A stretch of DNA of 33,248 bases, taken from NCBI GenBank assembly GCA_043729375.1, contig JAYTLP010000082.1:1-33248 (forward strand). The letters run 5' to 3'. Shown piece by piece: positions 15,846 through 26,298 of this stretch (position 1 is its first letter; each line of letters opens with the position of its first letter). Below the pieces are notes generated by a model. It had not been told where the DNA came from. It made no database searches and saw only the letters and a list, made by a program, of their open reading frames with translations. The position numbers were made by a program, and so were the translations under genes. The DNA is from Myxococcales bacterium (lineage in GTDB: Bacteria > Myxococcota_A > Polyangia > Palsa-1104).

Positions 15846-16547
15846 ATGACCTTCCTTCGTTCCACCCTCCTCGCCTCGCTCGGCACCGTCGTGCTGCTCG
15901 GTGGCTGCTACGACCCGAAGTACGCGAGCCCCGGCTTTGCGTGCGACGACTCCGACCCCAAGACGTCCGAGTGCCCGAGCGGCCAGACCTGTGTCGGCCT
16001 GCAGTGCGTGAAGTCGACCGGCAGCAACACCGGCGGCTGCGTCGGCACCTTCACCATCCCGAAGAGCGCGATGTACTCGGGCGCGATGACGAACCCGAAG
16101 CTCGACACCGAGATGGACTGCCCCGACGCGCAGGTCTCCACCAACATGAACCTCGAGCCCAACGACGACAGCTGCCACGCGACGCTGTTGCCGGGCGTCG
16201 TCGTCGGGGGCACGCCCCTCAAGCTGCAGAGCCTCTCCATCTGCCCCACCGGCAACAACCCGGCCGCGAGCAATCACGACATCGACGTGTATCAGCTCCA
16301 CGTGACGGAGACCACGACGGCACAGGTCGAGATCACCTACGACGTGAAGTACGGCGACCTCGACCTCGGCATCTTCCGCAAGGATGGCAGCGTCGTGGTC
16401 AGCGACGGCAGCGCGGTCTCGAACGCGTGCGTCGCGGCAAGCGTGACCATCGGCGACTACTTCCTCGTGGTCAGCGGCGCGGGCAGCACGGCGGTCAACC
16501 GCTACTCGATGAGCGTCCGCCTCGGCTCCGCGCTCACCTGCAACTAG
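15846..16547 (+). CDS. Lipoprotein with a pre-peptidase C-terminal (PPC)-like domain
   Basis: ATG 15846 inside ORF 15684..16547, with GGAG 8 nt upstream. Signal and lipobox MTFLRSTLLASLGTVVLLGGC. LEPNDDSCHAT...HDIDVYQLHV...YGDLDLGIF resembles the bacterial PPC domain. The gene starts 19 nt after the preceding gene. Confidence 0.7.
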   Translation: MTFLRSTLLASLGTVVLLGGCYDPKYASPGFACDDSDPKTSECPSGQTCVGLQCVKSTGSNTGGCVGTFTIPKSAMYSGAMTNPKLDTEMDCPDAQVSTNMNLEPNDDSCHATLLPGVVVGGTPLKLQSLSICPTGNNPAASNHDIDVYQLHVTETTTAQVEITYDVKYGDLDLGIFRKDGSVVVSDGSAVSNACVAASVTIGDYFLVVSGAGSTAVNRYSMSVRLGSALTCN

Positions 16548-16555
16548 GCGCTGTC

Positions 16556-17656
16556 CTACACTGCGCCGAACCGCTCGACGAAGATCGCGCGCAGCGTCGG
16601 CTCGGCCTCGAGGAGGTCGAGCGTCGTTTGCGCGTGTCTTGGTGCGTAGCCATTACCGACGAGCATGTCGACGTCGCGTGAGATGCCTTCTGCGCCGAGC
16701 GCGGCCTTGGTGAACGACGTGGCCATCGAGAAGAAATAGATCACGCCGCCGTCGCGCGTCGACAGGATTGCGCCCATCTCCGCGTCGGGGACATTCACGC
16801 ACGAGACCGTGAGATCCACCGTGCGACCGGCCAGCGACACCACGGCGCTCGACACGGCGAGCGCGTCCGACGCGTCGGCGATGGCGACGTCCGCCGCGCC
16901 CAGCCGCCTGGCGCCCGCAGCGGCCTCATCGCTGCGCTCGATGCCGACGACGCGTGCGCCCGCACGCTTCGCCGCCGCACTGCACAGGAGCCCCGACTTG
17001 CCTCCGCAGCCGAGGATGGCGACCACCGGCGCCTCCACGCCCTGGGCCACGAGCCGCGCAACGAGCCGTGTGACCTGCGGGGCGGCTCCGGCCACGTCGA
17101 GGGCGGCGAGCGCAACGGACTCGGGCATGGACGCAGGCAGCCGCGCCCATGCGCCCGTCTCGAACAGGATCGCTTGACCGCGCACGCCGACCTGGTGGCG
17201 ACGCAGGTCGATCTCATCGATCCGGTCGATCCGTAGCGGCGTGAGGCTCAGCGACACGAGCGTCGCGATGCGCTCGCCCACCTTCAACGACACGTGCGGC
17301 GCGCCGAGCGCTGCGCCCACGTGTGCGACCCGCCCGAGCAGCATGCCGCCCGAGCCGGTCACCGGGTTGTGCTGCTTGCCGCGCGCGCGGACGGTCTCCG
17401 TGATCGCGGCGCGTACCTGATCACGGCGCTGGTCGTCCGTGGTGGCGCCGGCCTCCATCTGCACGAACGACGCAGAGTCGACGTTGAGCCGCTCGACGTC
17501 GATCACGAGCTCGTCATCGAAGCGCTTGCCCGTGTCGTTGTCCACGCGCAATGCGGCCTGCGGCAGCACGCCCTTCGGCTCGATCACGCGGTGTAGCCCG
17601 TACCTGTCTCCTCGCATGAGCACCACTCTACCGAAGCTGCCGCCCGCCGCCGACAA
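16556..17656 (-). CDS. kdd: L-erythro-3,5-diaminohexanoate dehydrogenase-like protein
   Basis: ORF 16556..17656 (alternative start ATG 17617). YGLHRVIEPKGVLPQ, ELVIDVERLNVDSASF, RGKQHNPVTGSGGMLLG, ATLVSLSLTPLRI and ALDVAGAAPQ match my memory of Kdd from the lysine fermentation pathway. Rossmann motif ILGCGGKSG. Confidence 0.65.
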   Translation of the reverse strand: MSAAGGSFGRVVLMRGDRYGLHRVIEPKGVLPQAALRVDNDTGKRFDDELVIDVERLNVDSASFVQMEAGATTDDQRRDQVRAAITETVRARGKQHNPVTGSGGMLLGRVAHVGAALGAPHVSLKVGERIATLVSLSLTPLRIDRIDEIDLRRHQVGVRGQAILFETGAWARLPASMPESVALAALDVAGAAPQVTRLVARLVAQGVEAPVVAILGCGGKSGLLCSAAAKRAGARVVGIERSDEAAAGARRLGAADVAIADASDALAVSSAVVSLAGRTVDLTVSCVNVPDAEMGAILSTRDGGVIYFFSMATSFTKAALGAEGISRDVDMLVGNGYAPRHAQTTLDLLEAEPTLRAIFVERFGAV

Positions 17657-17742
17657 ACTGCCGTGGGATTTGTGGGGTTGTGTAAGGCGGGCTATGCTCC
17701 TTACGCAGTTGTTTCCCTTCTCACATCGTCCTCTGGAGCCCC

Positions 17743-19430
<1,688 letters not shown>

Positions 19431-19434
<4 letters not shown>

Positions 19435-20390
19435 TCCGGGCCTTCGCCGCTGCAGCGGTCCTCGCGTCGTGTCTCGTGGCCGCGGCGGCGCCACCGAAGT
19501 CGAGACCGACGCACGCGGTGCTGCGTCGCGCGTCGGTGCGAGGCCCGAAAGTGGATGCGTTCGTGCTGGCCTGCGACCGGTCATCGACGGGCACCCACCA
19601 GCTCGTGCTCACCGCCGAGCTGCACGGGAAATCGGCCGGGCGCGTCGTCATGGACGACGACTCCGACTGCAAAAATCGCCTCCGCCACAGTGACGGCCTC
19701 GACGATCGCTTCCACCTGACCACGCGGAGCTTTGCGCTCGCGCCCGGTCAGCCCGGTATGCTCGTGCAGTCGGAGAACGGTGGCGAAGCCATCCACCGTC
19801 ACTACTGGCTCGTCGGCATGGTTGGCAACGAGCCCGCGCTCCTGTGGCAAACCCACTACGGCACGAACGAGGCCGTCTCAATCGAGAACAGCCGGCTGGT
19901 CGTGCGTCGGTCTCCCGATGGTCGGAGCGACGAGCTCGAGCACACCGCGCCGTATCCGTACACGAGCCAATGTGACGAGCGCTCGACGCCAGCGGAGGTT
20001 GCGCAGCTCGTGGCCGATGGCGCGAGCGACCGCTGGCGACACGTTCGCATCGCGTTCGATCCGGCGGCAGGCCGGATGAAGTCCTTGTCGGTGAAAGAAT
20101 ACGGCGTGACGCTCGGCAGCTTTGCAGACACCGGTGCCGCGATCGCGCTGAAGTGCCGCCTGGCGAAGAAGCCCGGGTGCCACGCAGGCGAGTTCCTCGT
20201 CCTCAGGGTCGGCGACGACACCGCGCCATGGACGGTGTCAGCCGGCAAGGAGGTGGTACTCACGGCCATCGTTCCGACCGCGAAGGCGGCGGCCGAGCTG
20301 GCCCGCCCGGACGCGACCTGTCCGGAGCGTCCCGAGGCTCGCGTGGGACTCTTGCTCGACGGTCCGCGCCCCCTCGAAGGCGAACGGTAA
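19431..20390 (+). CDS. Hypothetical protein (possible lipoprotein) between pilB and pilT; start codon unresolved
   Basis: The frame of ORF 19215..20390 has good GC3 bias, with somewhat more rare codons than its neighbours. The N-terminal segment LIRAFAAAAVLASC looks like a lipoprotein signal, but there is no ATG, GTG or TTG between 19215 (deep inside pilB) and GTG 19476. Only CTG 19431 (overlapping the pilB TGA) or ATC 19434 would keep the signal peptide. Confidence 0.55.
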
Positions 20391-20486
20391 AGTTGCCACG
20401 GCTGTCGCGGGCCACATCCTCGTGACATAGTTACGGTGCGAAGATCCCGAGACGACGAGGCCTCACACCGCATGCAAGCTCCACGA

Positions 20487-20552
20487 ATGCAGCAGCTGCA
20501 CGAGAACATGGTCGATGACAGCGTGAGCGATCTCCACGCCGAGACCAGCTAG
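20487..20552 (+). other. 21-codon uORF that is a degenerate copy of pilT codons 6-26, in frame with pilT and directly abutting it
   Basis: ATG 20487 to TAG 20550-20552 encodes MQQLHENMVDDSVSDLHAETS. pilT residues 6-26 are LQQLLKTMVDNGASDLHITKN. Hand count: 47/63 nt identical. The TAG is immediately followed by the pilT ATG at 20553. Confidence 0.6.
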
Positions 20553-21653
20553 ATGCCCGCACCCTCACTGCAGCAGCTGCTCAAGACCATGGTCGACAAC
20601 GGCGCGAGCGATCTCCACATCACCAAGAACTCGCCGCCGCAGATCCGGCTCGACGGCAACCTCGTGCGGCTCAAGACCGAGCCGCTCACGGCCGACGACA
20701 CGAAGAAGATCTGCTACTCGATCCTCACCGACGCCCAGAAGGCGCACTTCGAAGAGCACCAAGAGCTCGACATGTCGTTCGGTCTGCAGGGGCTCGCGCG
20801 CTTTCGCGCAAACATCTTCGTGCAGCAGGGCGCCGTCGCCGGCGCGTTCCGCGTCATCCCGTGGAAGATCCGGAACTTCAACGAGCTCGGCCTGCCGTCC
20901 GTCGTCGCGGAGCTCACGAAGAAGCCGCGCGGCCTCATCCTCGTCACCGGGCCCACGGGATCGGGCAAGTCCACGACGCTCGCGGCGATGATCGACAAGA
21001 TCAACCAGGACGACCACGGCCACATCGTTACCATCGAGGATCCGGTCGAGTTCCTCCACGAGCACAAGAACTGCGTCGTCAACCAGCGGGAGATCGGCGC
21101 CGACACGCAGAGCTTCAAGAAGGCGCTCAAGTCCATCCTGCGCCAGGACCCGGATGTCGTGCTCGTCGGTGAGCTTCGTGACCTCGAGACCATCGAGGCC
21201 GCGCTCACCATCGCCGAGACGGGTCACCTCACGTTCGGCACGCTGCACACCAACGGCTGCGTCTCCACCATCAACCGCGTCATCGACGTGTTCCCGAGCT
21301 ACCAGCAGCCGCAGATCCGCGCGCAGCTCTCGTTCGTGCTCGAGGGCGTGCTCTCGCAGTCGCTCATCCCGAAGGAGGGAGGCGGCCGCGCCATGGTACT
21401 CGAGGTCATGATCCCGACGCCCGCGATCCGCAACCTCATCCGCGAGGACAAGATCCACCAGATCTACTCGCAGATGCAGCTCGGCCAGTCGAAGTTCGGC
21501 ATGCAGACGGCCAACCAGGCCCTCATCGGCCTCCTGCAGAAGAAGTGGATCACGCCGGAGAAGGCCCTCGAGTACAGCTCGGACCCCGAGGAGCTGAAGA
21601 CGATGATGGCGCAGGGCGGGTTCGGTCCGCAGACACGGCCGCCCTCTCGCTAG
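20553..21653 (+). CDS. pilT: Type IV pilus retraction ATPase PilT
   Basis: ORF 20553..21653. ASDLHIT, Walker A GPTGSGKST, VVLVGELRD, HLTFGTLHT, and the PilT signature AIRNLIREDKIHQIYS. Confidence 0.95.
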   Translation: MPAPSLQQLLKTMVDNGASDLHITKNSPPQIRLDGNLVRLKTEPLTADDTKKICYSILTDAQKAHFEEHQELDMSFGLQGLARFRANIFVQQGAVAGAFRVIPWKIRNFNELGLPSVVAELTKKPRGLILVTGPTGSGKSTTLAAMIDKINQDDHGHIVTIEDPVEFLHEHKNCVVNQREIGADTQSFKKALKSILRQDPDVVLVGELRDLETIEAALTIAETGHLTFGTLHTNGCVSTINRVIDVFPSYQQPQIRAQLSFVLEGVLSQSLIPKEGGGRAMVLEVMIPTPAIRNLIREDKIHQIYSQMQLGQSKFGMQTANQALIGLLQKKWITPEKALEYSSDPEELKTMMAQGGFGPQTRPPSR

Positions 21654-21730
21654 CAACGGTCGCCAGAAGCTCGACAGCGTCCCCGGTCGCACCGACACTA
21701 GCCGCTCGTACGTCCACCCAGGGAGTCACG

Positions 21731-22948
21731 ATGGCCCAGATTTTTGCATTCGAGGCGCGCACGCGCGGCGGCGAGGTCCGCAAGGGCACCATGGAGGCAG
21801 ACGGCGAGCCCGATCTCGCCAACCGTCTCCGCTCGCAGGGGCTAACGCTCTCGAAGGCGAAGAAGAAGGGCAAGGCCCTCGACATCAAGCTGCCGTGGGG
21901 CGGCGGCGTGCCCGAGCGCGACATCGTCATCTTCACGCGGCAGTTCGCGACGATGATCGACGCCGGCCTGCCCATCGTGCAGTGCCTCGACATCCTTGCC
22001 ACGCAGACCGAGAACAAGAACTTTCAGAAGATGCTCGCCGAGGTGAAGCTCAGCGTCGAGTCCGGCTCTACCTTTTCCGACGCGCTGAAGAAGCAGCCGA
22101 AGGCGTTCGACGCGCTGTACACCAACCTCGTGCAGGCCGGCGAGATCGGCGGCATCCTCGACACCATCCTCTCGCGTCTCGCGAATTACATCGAGAAGGC
22201 GATGAAGCTGAAGAGCCAGGTCAAGGGCGCGATGGTGTACCCGCTCGCCATCCTCGCCGTCGCCGGCGTCGTCGTCGTCGGCTTGCTCTGGAAGGTCATC
22301 CCGGTGTTCGAGGCGATGTTCAAGGACTTCGGCGGCGGCGCGCTGCCCAAGCCCACGCAGATCGTCATCGACATGTCGAACGCGTTCGTCGACCACATCT
22401 ACATCATCTTCACCGTCATCTTCGCCCTCGTGTTCGGGTTACCACCACTCATACGAACCAAGAAGGGCACCGAGATCTTCGACAAGATGATTCTCAAGAC
22501 TCCGCTCATCGGCAACGTGCTCCGCAAGGTCGCTGTCGCTCGCTTCACGCGCACGATGGGCACGCTGATGTCGTCCGGCGTCGCCATCCTCGACTCGCTC
22601 GAGATCGTCGCGAAGACCGCAGGCAACACCGTCATCCACGACGGCATCATGTTCGTGCGCGAGAAGATCTCGGAAGGTCGCACCATGGCCGAGCCGCTCG
22701 CGGAGACGGGCATCTTCCCGCCGATGGTCGTGCAAATGATCGGCGTCGGTGAGCAGACCGGCGCCATGGACACGATGCTCACCAAGATCGCCGACTTCTA
22801 CGACGACGAGGTGGACGTGGCCGTGGGCGCGCTCACCAAGGCAATGGAGCCGCTCATGATGGTGTTCCTCGGCGGCGTCGTCGGCGGCCTCATCATCGCC
22901 ATGTACATGCCCATCTTCGAGATGGCCGGCTCCGTCAAGGCTGAATGA
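21731..22948 (+). CDS. pilC: Type IV pilus inner-membrane platform protein PilC
   Basis: ATG 21731 within ORF 21545..22948, GGGAG upstream. Two T2SSF-type repeats (FTRQFATMIDAGLPIVQCLDIL... and FTRTMGTLMSSGVAILDSLEIV...) and three hydrophobic TM segments. Confidence 0.95.
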   Translation: MAQIFAFEARTRGGEVRKGTMEADGEPDLANRLRSQGLTLSKAKKKGKALDIKLPWGGGVPERDIVIFTRQFATMIDAGLPIVQCLDILATQTENKNFQKMLAEVKLSVESGSTFSDALKKQPKAFDALYTNLVQAGEIGGILDTILSRLANYIEKAMKLKSQVKGAMVYPLAILAVAGVVVVGLLWKVIPVFEAMFKDFGGGALPKPTQIVIDMSNAFVDHIYIIFTVIFALVFGLPPLIRTKKGTEIFDKMILKTPLIGNVLRKVAVARFTRTMGTLMSSGVAILDSLEIVAKTAGNTVIHDGIMFVREKISEGRTMAEPLAETGIFPPMVVQMIGVGEQTGAMDTMLTKIADFYDDEVDVAVGALTKAMEPLMMVFLGGVVGGLIIAMYMPIFEMAGSVKAE

Positions 22949-24567
22949 TGGCTCGCGGCGCGTCCACGCGTCGCACTCGCTTCACCTACTTTCTCTTCTT
23001 TCGCGTCGTCGTCATCTCATTGCTGCTCGCCGCGAGAGCGATCGAGGAAGCGGCGGCACCTGCCAGCACGCCCGCGTTCGGCATCACGCCAGGCCTCGTG
23101 CTCGTCATCGTCTGCTACGCCTCCGCCATCGCGCTGTCGCTGGTGCTCGGGCGCGCGCACTCGGAGGCCGCGATCGATCGCGTGGCCATCTCGCAGATCG
23201 TCTTCGACCTGCTTGCTGCAACCGCGCTCGTGCAACTCACGGGCGGCATCGAGAGCCAGCTCGCCTTCACCTACCTCATCGTCGTCGCCGGCGCCGGCCT
23301 CAGCATCCCGCGCGGTGCGTTACGAACGGCGATCGCCGCCACGTTGCTCCTCGGCGCCCTGCTGATCTGCCGCCGGTACGGCATCCTGCCGCTGACGGGG
23401 CAGCTCGGTCCGTCGCCGACGCGCGAGGTCGTCCGCGCGCTGATGCTCAACAGCGTGGCGATCCTCGCGACCGGTGCGCTGGCGGAGCGGCTCGCCGTAG
23501 AGATCGCGCGTACGGGTGAGAGCCTCGCGTCGAAGAACACCCAGTTCGACGACCTCGCTGCGCTGTACGCCAACGTCGTCCGCTCACTCAGCTCGGGGCT
23601 CCTCACCATCGCCGCAGACGGCGTCGTCGCCACCGCCAACCACGCCGCCCTCGCTATCCTCGGGCTCGACAGCAGCGCGGTGCTGGGCCGGCAGCTCGAC
23701 GACTCGCTGCCTGGCATCGGTCCCATCCTCGCCTCGGCCGGCGTGGTACGACGCGAGGAGATCGCCTTCGTGGATCGGGCAGGCAAGCCTCGACGCCTCG
23801 GCATCACCGTGTCGCCGCTCGTCGACTCGAGCGACCGGCAGCTCGGCCAGATCGTCACGTTCCAGGACCTCACCGAGCTGCGGCAGATGGAAGAAGCCGT
23901 CACCCGCGGAAAGCGGCTCGCGGCCATCGGTCGCCTCGCCGCAGGCATAGCGCACGAGATCCGCAACCCGCTCGCGGCCATCTCCGGGTCGATCGAGCTG
24001 CTCGTCTCTTCGGGCGTGGGCGACGCGTCGCCGGAGGCACGCGAGCTCGGCGGCATCGTGCAGCGCGAGACCGAGCGCCTGAACGGGCTCATCACGCAGC
24101 TCCTCGAGTTCGCGCGGCCGCACACCCCCGACCTCGTGACGCTCGATCTCGCGGAGGCAGTGAGCGAGCTCGTCCAGGTGTGGAAGAACGATCGGCGACT
24201 CGGCGATACGCGCATCGAGCTCACGGCCGGGTCGGAGGTGCGGGTGGCAGCCGACGCCGCGCAGCTCCGCCAGGTGGTCTGGAACCTCCTGCACAACGCG
24301 GCCGAGGCCGCACCCGGTGGCGTCATCCGCGTGGTGATACGCCGCGACGGCACCCGCGCGCTGCTCGTCGTGACCGACGAGGGCCCGGGCATCTCCGACG
24401 ATCAGCTCTCGCGCATCTTCGAGCCGTTCTTCTCCACGAAGCCCGCCGGCACCGGCCTCGGCCTTCCAACCGTTCACCGCATCGTCGAGGAGCACCACGG
24501 CTCGGTCGAGCTCGCGCGCAGCCCCGGAGGCGGCACCACCGCCACCGTGTCTCTACCCGCCCTCTGA
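22945..24567 (+). CDS. pilS: Polytopic sensor histidine kinase, PilS-like by position and architecture
   Basis: ORF 22945..24567, whose start overlaps the pilC stop (ATGATG). It has about six N-terminal TM helices, a PAS-like region, H-box AAGIAHEIRNPLAAISGS, N-box LLHNAAEA, G1 DEGPGI and G2 GTGLGLPTV. The pilS name is inferred from synteny with Myxococcus pilB-pilT-pilC-pilS. Confidence 0.75.
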   Translation: MMARGASTRRTRFTYFLFFRVVVISLLLAARAIEEAAAPASTPAFGITPGLVLVIVCYASAIALSLVLGRAHSEAAIDRVAISQIVFDLLAATALVQLTGGIESQLAFTYLIVVAGAGLSIPRGALRTAIAATLLLGALLICRRYGILPLTGQLGPSPTREVVRALMLNSVAILATGALAERLAVEIARTGESLASKNTQFDDLAALYANVVRSLSSGLLTIAADGVVATANHAALAILGLDSSAVLGRQLDDSLPGIGPILASAGVVRREEIAFVDRAGKPRRLGITVSPLVDSSDRQLGQIVTFQDLTELRQMEEAVTRGKRLAAIGRLAAGIAHEIRNPLAAISGSIELLVSSGVGDASPEARELGGIVQRETERLNGLITQLLEFARPHTPDLVTLDLAEAVSELVQVWKNDRRLGDTRIELTAGSEVRVAADAAQLRQVVWNLLHNAAEAAPGGVIRVVIRRDGTRALLVVTDEGPGISDDQLSRIFEPFFSTKPAGTGLGLPTVHRIVEEHHGSVELARSPGGGTTATVSLPAL

Positions 24568-24671
24568 CACCAAGGCAGCGAGCCTGCTCCGCAACGCGCG
24601 CGAGCTACGCGCGGACGGTGGCGAGGCTCGCCGGGCTCTGCCCGACGAGGGGAGGCGAGAAGTCCTCCAAC

Positions 24672-26258
24672 TCAAAGAAAATGGGCACCGACACCGAGCG
24701 AGATATCGACGTTCATTCCGCTCTGGCCCCCCGGGCCGATGCCGATGCCGCCGAGCACGTTCACGTCGAGCATGACGCCGATGTACTTCCACACGTCGAC
24801 CCACAGGCCCGCGCCGCCGCCGACGAAGAGGTAGCCCATCTTGAGCGAGTCGTAGCAGTGTGACGACGCGCAGACGAGCTGCAGCTGCGGGGCGGGCTGC
24901 CCCGCGGCGATGGCGGCGTTGTAGGCGTTGGCTGTGGCTTGATCGACGAGCGGATGGCCGCCTGGCACGTTTCCCGAGTCGTACGCGCCCGCGAGGTTGA
25001 GCGCGTGCCGGATCTCGCCGCCGCCGAGGTCGACATGGAGGTAGGGGTGCCACTTGCCCTCGAGGAACCGGTAGCGCGCGCGAAGGAGGCCTGCGATTGC
25101 GCCCGTGGCCTTGGTGCTGCCACCGTTCAGCTGCGAGCCGTCGGCGGGCACCTGCGACTGCGCGTTGGCGCCCGTCACGACCTCGAAGCGGCCGACGACG
25201 GAGAGCGAGAAGTGGTTGGTGATGTTGCCGCCGAGCTCCACGGCGAGGTGGAACGGCGCGAACGCGATGCCGCCCGCGCCGGAAACGGAGGTGCGCTGGT
25301 AGCTGAAGCCACCGGTCGCCGAGTCCGGCTTGTACTGGTAGGCGACCTCGGTCTTGTTGCCGCCGGGGTGGAAGCCGAAGCCGAAGCCCGGCGCCACGAA
25401 CACGAAGAGGTGGTGGAACCTGGCCTGCGGCTTCTCTGGCTTGATGCCGTGCGTGTCGCGCACGACACGGGCGCCCGGGGCGACCTCCGCCAGCGTGACG
25501 ATGTACGGATTGGACGCGGAACCCGAGCCGATGACCGCGCGGCCGCGCTTGTCGCGGGCCTCGAGGTAGTACTGCACGATGCTGTCGCCGACGACGTCGG
25601 CCGGGATGACCCCGACCCACTCGGCAGAGCCGGCGGTGTTCTTCATCGACACGGTGACGTAGTCGGCCTGGCCACTCAGGCGGTACATGGCGTACACGCG
25701 CGTGGCGCCGATGTCGCTGCCGAGCACGGCCTTCAGCGTGATGGGCTGGCCGGGGAGCGTCTCGTCGATGGGGGTGTGCGACAGGCCCTTCGCATCGGCG
25801 CCGCTCGTGTCGGATCCGGCGGACTCGACCGGCGTGTCGACGGGCTTGGCAGGCGCATCGCCGAGCTGCTTCTTGGCCTCGGCGAACATCTCCTCGATCT
25901 CCGGCGTCGCGACGTTCGGGTCGAGCTTGATGGCAGGGTTGATCCGCAGCGCGCGGACGAACTGCTGCAGGCCGCGGCTGCGATCCTTGAAGCCCGCGAA
26001 GTAGACGATGCCGAGGTCGAGGTACGTCTTCGCAGCGACGGGCGTGTCGTCGAGGCCGGTCTGCCGGATGAGCGCCACTGCATCCATGAGCGTCTTGCGC
26101 GCCATGCCGAACTCGAGCGAGTCGTAATCGCTCATCGCCTGCTTGTTCATGCCGCGGACGCGCTTCTCGTTGTCCTGCTGGGCAGACGCAGGCGCGGCAA
26201 GTGATGCCAGCGCGAGGAGGCACAGCAAGGTGTGATGGACGACCCGAGGAACGCGCAT
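24672..26258 (-). CDS. Secreted TPR-like protein with the same unassigned ~100-aa domain as the 14423 gene, plus a C-terminal putative beta-barrel
   Basis: ORF 24672..26540, with start reassigned to ATG 26258 (MRVPRVVHHTLLCLLALASLAAPASA|QQ). Central domain HTPIDETLPGQPITLKA...VYAMYRLSGQADYVTVSM...VQYYLEARDKRG. The C-terminal ~270 aa has alternating hydrophobic, Gly-rich strands (FVFVAPGFGFGF..., FSLSVVGRFEV..., ending GVGAHFL). Confidence 0.75.
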   Translation of the reverse strand: MRVPRVVHHTLLCLLALASLAAPASAQQDNEKRVRGMNKQAMSDYDSLEFGMARKTLMDAVALIRQTGLDDTPVAAKTYLDLGIVYFAGFKDRSRGLQQFVRALRINPAIKLDPNVATPEIEEMFAEAKKQLGDAPAKPVDTPVESAGSDTSGADAKGLSHTPIDETLPGQPITLKAVLGSDIGATRVYAMYRLSGQADYVTVSMKNTAGSAEWVGVIPADVVGDSIVQYYLEARDKRGRAVIGSGSASNPYIVTLAEVAPGARVVRDTHGIKPEKPQARFHHLFVFVAPGFGFGFHPGGNKTEVAYQYKPDSATGGFSYQRTSVSGAGGIAFAPFHLAVELGGNITNHFSLSVVGRFEVVTGANAQSQVPADGSQLNGGSTKATGAIAGLLRARYRFLEGKWHPYLHVDLGGGEIRHALNLAGAYDSGNVPGGHPLVDQATANAYNAAIAAGQPAPQLQLVCASSHCYDSLKMGYLFVGGGAGLWVDVWKYIGVMLDVNVLGGIGIGPGGQSGMNVDISLGVGAHFL

Positions 26259-26298
26259 TCGGCGCCTTCCTACCACGATTGGCGGCCGCCTCGGGGGG

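Noticed and set aside
12207-15886. Very long minus-strand ORFs (12207..14162, 651 aa; 13943..15886, 647 aa). Similar antisense or off-frame ORFs occur elsewhere: 17701..18990, 20565..21698, 23271..24392, 24553..26223, 24939..26204, 28545..30365 and 31671..33002.
   Set aside because: These are shadow ORFs typical of ~70% GC DNA. They are Arg/Ala/Gly/Asp-rich with no recognisable motifs and lie opposite to, or out of frame with, genes that have clear family signatures (kinase, PilB, PilT, PilS, RecG, M16). GC3 bias supports the other frame.
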